Positions 58,329 to 64,000 of a stretch of 64,000 nt of DNA are shown here, one piece after another. The notes below the pieces were generated by a model, which ran no database searches, had not been told where the DNA came from, and saw only the letters and a list, made by a program, of their open reading frames with translations. The position numbers were made by a program, and so were the translations under genes. Source of the DNA: Alphaproteobacteria bacterium. GTDB taxonomy: Bacteria; Pseudomonadota; Alphaproteobacteria; Micropepsales; Micropepsaceae. The DNA lies in NCBI GenBank assembly GCA_016792565.1, contig JAEUMK010000014.1, forward strand, positions 34,968 to 98,967, written 5' to 3'. The stretch's first letter is position 1; every line of letters begins with the position of its first letter.

Positions 58329-58808
58329 TCAGGCGACCTGCTTCAGCGCGAACATCTGCCGGGCCGGCTCGCCCGCCATGAAGGCAAGATACTTCTCCGC
58401 CCAGCCGTCCGGCGCGATCTCCAGCATGAAGGCGTTCTCCAGCCACATCTCGATCAGATCGAAGCCCATCGGTCCGGGACCGCCGCGCCGGCAGACCCGC
58501 GTCGTCCAGCCTTCGCGCGCCCCGATCGCCAGGATTTCCTCCGGGCTCAGAACGGAGCTAACCAGAAGATGTGCCGAACTGAAGCGCGGGGTTGCCGGCT
58601 GCGTTTGGCAACTCATTTCGGCCGGGCCGGGGATGAAGGCGAGATCGCGCGGGCTGATCTCGACCTCGCTGCCCCGCCCGTCATGGGCATAGGCCATCCA
58701 GCTGCGCTCGATGGGCGGGAAGGGCACCGCCTCGCCCTTCCACAGTTCCGCGAAGACACGGGCGACCCGTTCGGGATCGTCGGCGGGAATGGATGCGTGC
58801 AGGATCAT
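58329..58808 (-). CDS. Hypothetical protein, possible VOC/glyoxalase-like fold
   Basis: ATGA-coupled to tetR; MILHASIPADDPERVA...EVEI, HLLVSS, DLIEMWLEN. Confidence 0.7.
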   Translation of the reverse strand: MILHASIPADDPERVARVFAELWKGEAVPFPPIERSWMAYAHDGRGSEVEISPRDLAFIPGPAEMSCQTQPATPRFSSAHLLVSSVLSPEEILAIGAREGWTTRVCRRGGPGPMGFDLIEMWLENAFMLEIAPDGWAEKYLAFMAGEPARQMFALKQVA

Positions 58809-59455
58809 TTGGTCTCTCCGGTCTTTTTGGCCCGCCGTCCGGCGCGCCCGGTCTGCGCCGCGTGGTCGCGCGCGGCCTGCATCAGCAGTTCGAGGACGAA
58901 GGACGAGGCTTTGCCCGCCACCGCGCCGTCCATCCCCCAATAGTCCTTCATCACCAGCCAGGCCGCGCCCGAATACAGAAGCTGCGCCGCCGCCGTGACC
59001 GCCGCCGCCTCCCCGGGCGCCAGACCCGCCACCGCGTCGGCGACCGAGGCGCGGATCGCCGCCTGGCGTTTCGCGTTGGCGTTCAGGCGGAACTCGCGGC
59101 CCTGCGGACTCATCCACATCGCGCGCATCAATTGCTCGTTGTCGTCGAAGGCCGGGAACACCCGCGCCGGAAAGGCGATGAGATCGGCCTCCGACTGCGG
59201 AAACGACTTCACGCCGATTCGCGGATCGAGCCACAGCCAAAGCGCATCCAGCAGCGCGTCCTTGGTCGGGAAGTGGCGATAGACCGTGCGCTCCTGCACC
59301 CCGGCCTCGCGGGCGATCGCGGCGAACGAGAGGCCTGCCGGACTGACAGCTTCGATCAGCCGTCCGGCCGCGTCGAGGATGCGCCGGCGGGTCTCCTCCT
59401 TCTGCGCGGCGCGCAGGGGGCTGTCGTAGCTTGATGTCAGTGAATCTGTATTCAT
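58805..59455 (-). CDS. TetR/AcrR family regulator
   Basis: Start MNTDS; TRRRILDAA, IAREAGVQERTVYRHFPTKDAL. Confidence 0.92.
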   Translation of the reverse strand: MNTDSLTSSYDSPLRAAQKEETRRRILDAAGRLIEAVSPAGLSFAAIAREAGVQERTVYRHFPTKDALLDALWLWLDPRIGVKSFPQSEADLIAFPARVFPAFDDNEQLMRAMWMSPQGREFRLNANAKRQAAIRASVADAVAGLAPGEAAAVTAAAQLLYSGAAWLVMKDYWGMDGAVAGKASSFVLELLMQAARDHAAQTGRAGRRAKKTGETK

Positions 59456-59491
59456 GTCAGTATAAATGACATAAACAGGTGCACTCGTCAA
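59434..59491. promoter_or_regulatory. Probable TetR autoregulatory operator
   Basis: ATGTCA-N7-TGACAT (59454-72) over the start codon; ATGTCAGT repeated at 59434 and 59454; minus-strand TTGACG at 59491-86. Confidence 0.6.
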
Positions 59492-59536
59492 CCGGCGTCC
59501 ATCGCGGGCGCCGCTACAGGCCGGCGTGGCGGCGCG

Positions 59537-59917
59537 TCAGCGCGCCGCGAAGGTCTGAAGGTAGCGGATGAAGAAGATGGCGAAGATCAGGTCCCCAACG
59601 CCGATCAGGAAGGCGCGGAAGGGAATTGCGCCGTTGATCAGGTAGATCGTCAGCAGTGCGAACGCCGCGAGTTTGCCGATGACGCCCAGCACGACGATGC
59701 TGCGATGGCGCACCAGATCGGACGACACCATGAAATAGCCGATCGCGAAGACCGTCACGAACGCGCCGGTCATGCGCAGGAATAGCCAGTCGCCCGTCGG
59801 CAGCTTGAATCCCGAGGCCCAGGCCAGAATCGACGGGTCGATCAAGAGCGGCAGGCCGGCCAGCAGATTGTAGAGACCGGCGATCAGGAAAAGCCGGATC
59901 CAGAAAGTGTCGCTCAT
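59537..59917 (-). CDS. Small multi-TM membrane protein of unknown function
   Basis: GGAG RBS; about four hydrophobic segments. Confidence 0.75.
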   Translation of the reverse strand: MSDTFWIRLFLIAGLYNLLAGLPLLIDPSILAWASGFKLPTGDWLFLRMTGAFVTVFAIGYFMVSSDLVRHRSIVVLGVIGKLAAFALLTIYLINGAIPFRAFLIGVGDLIFAIFFIRYLQTFAAR

Positions 59918-59964
59918 GAGGCGTTCTCCGCTGTTTGAAGGGGCCGGTGGAATGACATGTCGGG

Positions 59965-61257
59965 CTAGAGGGCCGTCGACCGAAGGTCCTGGCTCAGGGG
60001 CTGGGTGCCGGCATTGGGGTCGGCGCGGCCGACGAGTTTGTGGACATCGACGGTGCCGACGCCCTTGAGGGTCGCCGTGCCGCCCGCCGCGAAGACATGG
60101 CTGGTTCGCAGCCGGGCATGGACCTGCGGCGACACGGTGATGTCGCCGGTCTTGCCCTGACCTTCAAGGCGGCTCGCGACGTTGATCGTCTCGCCCCAAT
60201 AGTCGAACTGCGGCCGGTGGCGGCCGATCACCCCGCCGATCGCCGGCCCGCAGTGGATGCCGACCCTGAGGCCTAGCGGCAGCCCGTGCCGCGCCGCCGC
60301 CTCGCTCGCCAGCCTTTGGATTTCCAGCGCGAAATCCGCGAGCGGGCGCAGATCGTTGGGCGCGGTGCGGTTCTTGTTGGCGACCGCCATGTAGCCGTCG
60401 CCCATCGTCTTGACGCGCTCCAGCCCCAGCCGGGCGGCGGCGTCGTCGAAGGCGGTGAAGATCTCGTCGAGGATCGCAACGGTCTTGGAGGCGCCGAGCC
60501 GCCCCGACATCTGCGTGAAACCGGCCAGATCGGCGAAGAGGACGCCGATATTCTGGAACGATTGCGCGACGCGCTGCTCGCCGGCCTTCAGCCGCACGGC
60601 GGCGAACTCGGGCAGCATGGCCGAGACAAGGCTGTCTGATTTTGCCGCCTCGGCCTGCGCGGCGTTCTCGGCCACGAACTGCGCCCGCTTCAGCCGCTCG
60701 ACCAGCAGGGCGATCGAGGCGCCGATCATCCAGGCGAGCATGAAGGACGCCAGTGCGATCGCCGCCGCCTCGCCGCCGCCGCCGGCGTTTCGCACCAGCA
60801 TCAGCGGTGCGGCGGCGAACAGCGCGCCCATCAGCCCGGCCATCAGCGCCGAGAAGCCGCCCGCCGCGATGACACCCGTCATCACCACCGCCAGCGGCGC
60901 GGCGAAGAGCCCGGCCCCGTCCGGCCGGGCGATAAGATAGGAGAACGCCGCCGCGGCGCTCGCGAAGGCGGCTGCCAGCGTCACGCCGGCCACGGCCTGG
61001 CGCAGGGCAGGGGGCATCGGAAAAAGGGTCCCCGCCGCCGCAAGGATGCACAGCGGCAGCGTCACGGCCGCCGAGATTGTCTGCGAGGCGAATCCGAAGG
61101 CCGACGCGCCTTCGCCATGCGCAAAGATCGCGATCGCCGCCAGCACCACCAGGATCGAGGATGTGCCCCGCGTGAGGACGCGCAGATCCGCGTCGAAGGC
61201 CGCCTGGAAGCGGTCTTCCGTCGTCCGGTCGCGAAAGCCGACGGCCGACAGGCGCAT
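59965..61257 (-). CDS. Class III adenylate cyclase with membrane N-terminus
   Basis: FADLAGFT, VKTMGDGYMA, GIHCG, FDYWGETINVASRLE; K and D specificity residues are ATP-type. Alternative TTG start at 61266. Confidence 0.9.
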   Translation of the reverse strand: MRLSAVGFRDRTTEDRFQAAFDADLRVLTRGTSSILVVLAAIAIFAHGEGASAFGFASQTISAAVTLPLCILAAAGTLFPMPPALRQAVAGVTLAAAFASAAAAFSYLIARPDGAGLFAAPLAVVMTGVIAAGGFSALMAGLMGALFAAAPLMLVRNAGGGGEAAAIALASFMLAWMIGASIALLVERLKRAQFVAENAAQAEAAKSDSLVSAMLPEFAAVRLKAGEQRVAQSFQNIGVLFADLAGFTQMSGRLGASKTVAILDEIFTAFDDAAARLGLERVKTMGDGYMAVANKNRTAPNDLRPLADFALEIQRLASEAAARHGLPLGLRVGIHCGPAIGGVIGRHRPQFDYWGETINVASRLEGQGKTGDITVSPQVHARLRTSHVFAAGGTATLKGVGTVDVHKLVGRADPNAGTQPLSQDLRSTAL

Positions 61258-61262
61258 GGCGC

Positions 61263-61727
61263 TCAAAGATCCTTCGACAGGAAGTAACGCTCCACCCCGG
61301 CGCGCCCCATCTTCAACGTCCCGAACAGACGATAGCCCAGCTTCTCATAGAACGGACGGGCCTGGAAACTGAACGTGTCGAGCCACAGATTGAGCGCCCC
61401 GCGTCGCCGCGCCTCGTCCTCGCAGGCCGCCATCAGAGCCCGGCCGAGGCCTTTGCGCTGCAGTTTGGGATCGACCCAGGCCCATTTCAGGAAGGCGCTC
61501 TCGTAGTAGACCTCGACCCAGAAGCCGCCCCTGAGTTCGCCCTTCGCATCGCGTACGCCGGCGACGAAGTCGGAGGCGTTGTAGGACCCCGAAGCGGCCT
61601 TGTTGTGGGCCGACAGCCCCTTGCCGATCGTCTTCTTCACGGCGGCGAGCGGAGCTGTCTCCAGCCCCACCCGGTAGCTGCCGACGCGGCGCGGCTTTGC
61701 CGTCGCGCCCGCCTTGGCCTTTGTCAC
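61263..61727 (-). CDS. GNAT acetyltransferase
   Basis: WVDPKLQRKGLG, LDTFSFQARPFYEKLGY. Confidence 0.9.
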   Translation of the reverse strand: MTKAKAGATAKPRRVGSYRVGLETAPLAAVKKTIGKGLSAHNKAASGSYNASDFVAGVRDAKGELRGGFWVEVYYESAFLKWAWVDPKLQRKGLGRALMAACEDEARRRGALNLWLDTFSFQARPFYEKLGYRLFGTLKMGRAGVERYFLSKDL

Positions 61728-62734
61728 GGCTCAGGGCTGATCTGCACGACCAGCTTGCCGGTATTGCCGCCGGTGAACAGCTTCTGCAGCGCGGTCGGGG
61801 CGTTTTCCAGGCCCTGCTCCACGTCGACCCGCCACTTCACCTTGCCCGAGGCGATCCAGCCCGGCATGTCCTGCATGAATTCGCCGATGCGCGGGAAATA
61901 GTCGATCACGATGAAGCCCTTGATGAGCGCGCGCTTCATCAGGACGTTGCGGAACATATAGGGGCCCGGCACCGGCCCGTCGGCGTTGTAGGTCGAGATC
62001 AGGCCGCATAGCGGGATGCGGGCTTCCAGGTTGATCAGCGTAAGCACGGCGTCGAGGATCTCGCCGCCCACATTCTCGAAATAGACATCGATCCCCTTGG
62101 GGCACTCGCGCCGAAGCGCCTCCAGCACGTTCTCCTTGCGGTAGTTGATGCAGGCGTCGAAGCCCAGATCGTCCACCACCCAGCGGCACTTGTCGTCTGA
62201 TCCGGCGAGGCCGACCACGCGGCAACCCTTGATCTTGGCGATCTGCCCGACGATCGAGCCCACCGCCCCGGCGGCGGCCGAGACCACCACCGTCTCGCCG
62301 GGCTTGGGCTTGCCGATGTCGAGAAGGCCGAAATAGGCCGTGACGCCGGTCATGCCGAGCGCGCTCATATAGGCAAGGATCGGGGTCTGCGGCGTCACCA
62401 CCAGCTTCTGCGCCGCGGCGGTCACTACATAGTCCTGCCATCCCAGATCCATCGGCTGGACGATGTCGCCGGGCTTGAGGTCGGGGTTGTTGGAGGCCTC
62501 GACCACGCCGATCGTGCCGCCCCGCATCACGTCGCCGATCTCGACCGGCGGCATGTACTGGTCCATGTCGCTCATCCAGATCCGGTTGGTCGGATCGAGC
62601 GACAGATAGATGTTGCGGACCAGCGCCTGCCCGGGTCCGGGAACCGGGACCGGCGAGCTGACGAGTTCCAGGTCGCCCGGCGCGACGTCGCCCACCGGGC
62701 GCTTTTTCAGTCTCCACTGGCGGTTGACGGTCAT
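61724..62734 (-). CDS. NADP-dependent oxidoreductase (CurA/PTGR1-type alkenal/one reductase)
   Basis: NRQWRL, YLSLDP, GMTGVTAYFGL, SAAAGAVG, YFENVGG, GNTGKLVV. Confidence 0.93.
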   Translation of the reverse strand: MTVNRQWRLKKRPVGDVAPGDLELVSSPVPVPGPGQALVRNIYLSLDPTNRIWMSDMDQYMPPVEIGDVMRGGTIGVVEASNNPDLKPGDIVQPMDLGWQDYVVTAAAQKLVVTPQTPILAYMSALGMTGVTAYFGLLDIGKPKPGETVVVSAAAGAVGSIVGQIAKIKGCRVVGLAGSDDKCRWVVDDLGFDACINYRKENVLEALRRECPKGIDVYFENVGGEILDAVLTLINLEARIPLCGLISTYNADGPVPGPYMFRNVLMKRALIKGFIVIDYFPRIGEFMQDMPGWIASGKVKWRVDVEQGLENAPTALQKLFTGGNTGKLVVQISPEP

Positions 62735-62855
62735 GTTTCATCCCCACATATGAATTGCTCGGCCGCCGGCGATCACGCGATCGTCAGCCAGCGCGGTCGC
62801 CTGCGGCCCTCGCAGGACAGTATAGTCCGCCGCGCGCTCTTTTCAGGGGAATGAT

Positions 62856-64000
62856 TTGCTGCGTCCGCTGGCTCTCTTCGTCGCAGTCCTCGGCCTTGCC
62901 GGCCCTGCCGCCGCCCTCGAGGGCGCAGCCGTCAGCACGCCCAATGTCGAGGCGCGGCTGGTGGCCGAAACCGATGGCGTCCAGCCGGGCGGAACGGTCA
63001 CCGTCGCGCTGCGGCTCAGGATCCGCGAGCACTGGCACACCTATTGGCTCAACCCCGGCGATTCCGGCGAGCCGACCAGTATCGACTGGACCCTGCCCGA
63101 GGGGGTCACGGCCGGGGCGCTGCAATTTCCCTACCCCCACCGCATCGAGGTCGGGCCGCTCGTCAATTTCGGCTATGACGGCACAGTCCTCCACCTCGCC
63201 GATATCAAGGTCGCCGACGACGCCGCGCCGGGGACGACCGTCCCGCTGAAGGCCGATGCGGTCTGGCTGGTCTGCGACGATATCTGCATCCCAGAGGAAG
63301 CGAGCCTGACGCTTGACCTGCCGGTCGCTGCCGCTCCGCCCGCCGCCGACCCGGCCTACGCCGCCGAGTTCGCCGCGACCCGCGCGATGCTGCCCACGCC
63401 CAGTCCCTGGCCGGCCGTCTTTGCGCTCCAGGACGGCGCGCTTGCCCTCGCCCTCGACGCCCCGGACCTGGCGAAGGCGGGTCTCGCCGCCGCCGTCCTG
63501 TTCCCTATGTCGGCCGGCCACATCAAGAACGCCGCTCCGCAGACGCTCGAGGTCCGGGCCGGCCGCCTTGTCATCGCCGCCGAGGCCGGCCGTCACTTCG
63601 CGACCCCAGAAAAGGCCGCCAAGGTCGCCGCCATCCCGGCGGTCGTCGTCCTCACCGGCCAGGACGGCCAGACCCGCGCCTTCGAGCTGACCGCGACGCC
63701 CGGCCCCGTCCCCCCGCCCGCCGCCGCCGCCGGCCGCGACGGCGCGCTCCCGCTCTGGACGGCGCTCGCCTTCGCCTTTCTCGGCGGCCTCATCCTCAAC
63801 CTGATGCCCTGCGTCTTCCCGGTCCTCTCGATGAAGGCGCTGGCGCTGGCGAAGAAGGGCGGCGGCGACCTCGGCGGCGCCCGTGCCGGCGGCTTGGCCT
63901 ACACCGCCGGCGTCGTGCTCTCCTTCCTCGCCCTCGGCGGCGCGCTGCTCGCCCTGCGCGGTGCGGGCGAGGCGGTGGGGTGGGGCTTCCAGCTCCAGTC
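62856..64000 (+). CDS. dsbD: Protein-disulfide reductase DsbD family; partial, runs off the right edge
   Basis: Hand translation from TTG 62856 after AGGGGA; HWHTYWLNPGDSG, CDDIC, TM segment ILNLMPCVFPVLSMKAL. Confidence 0.9.
   Translation, partial: MLRPLALFVAVLGLAGPAAALEGAAVSTPNVEARLVAETDGVQPGGTVTVALRLRIREHWHTYWLNPGDSGEPTSIDWTLPEGVTAGALQFPYPHRIEVGPLVNFGYDGTVLHLADIKVADDAAPGTTVPLKADAVWLVCDDICIPEEASLTLDLPVAAAPPAADPAYAAEFAATRAMLPTPSPWPAVFALQDGALALALDAPDLAKAGLAAAVLFPMSAGHIKNAAPQTLEVRAGRLVIAAEAGRHFATPEKAAKVAAIPAVVVLTGQDGQTRAFELTATPGPVPPPAAAAGRDGALPLWTALAFAFLGGLILNLMPCVFPVLSMKALALAKKGGGDLGGARAGGLAYTAGVVLSFLALGGALLALRGAGEAVGWGFQLQ

Overview
Very GC-rich chromosomal segment, most likely alphaproteobacterial (inferred from gene repertoire and regulatory motifs). 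I saw no transposase, integrase, phage gene, CRISPR array, rRNA or tRNA. About 55 credible CDS. Contents: a ligase-associated DNA-repair locus (Lhr helicase at the left edge, exonuclease and ATP-dependent ligase) with a fasciclin/anti-sigma/ECF-sigma cassette between its divergent halves; bioB; many lipid and acyl-CoA catabolic genes (two thiolases, FadB-like enzyme, Atu-like carboxylase/dehydrogenase cluster, thioesterases, esterases, two patatins); two paralogous ~520-aa exported proteins of unknown function flanking a lipoprotein patatin; four DJ-1/PfpI-domain genes; a TonB-dependent receptor plus phytase with a pho-box-like site; a ZnuD-like receptor with a Zur box; nhaA; an adenylate cyclase; and a partial dsbD at the right edge. 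The most striking unexplained feature is a ~500-nt non-coding unit at ~47644-48144 (+). It has its own promoter-like and terminator signals, at least eight GNRA-capped stems and three CUUCGG motifs, and I cannot assign it to a known RNA family. All homology calls, hairpins and motifs were made by eye without database searches or folding software. Start codons were adjusted by hand from the ORF track.
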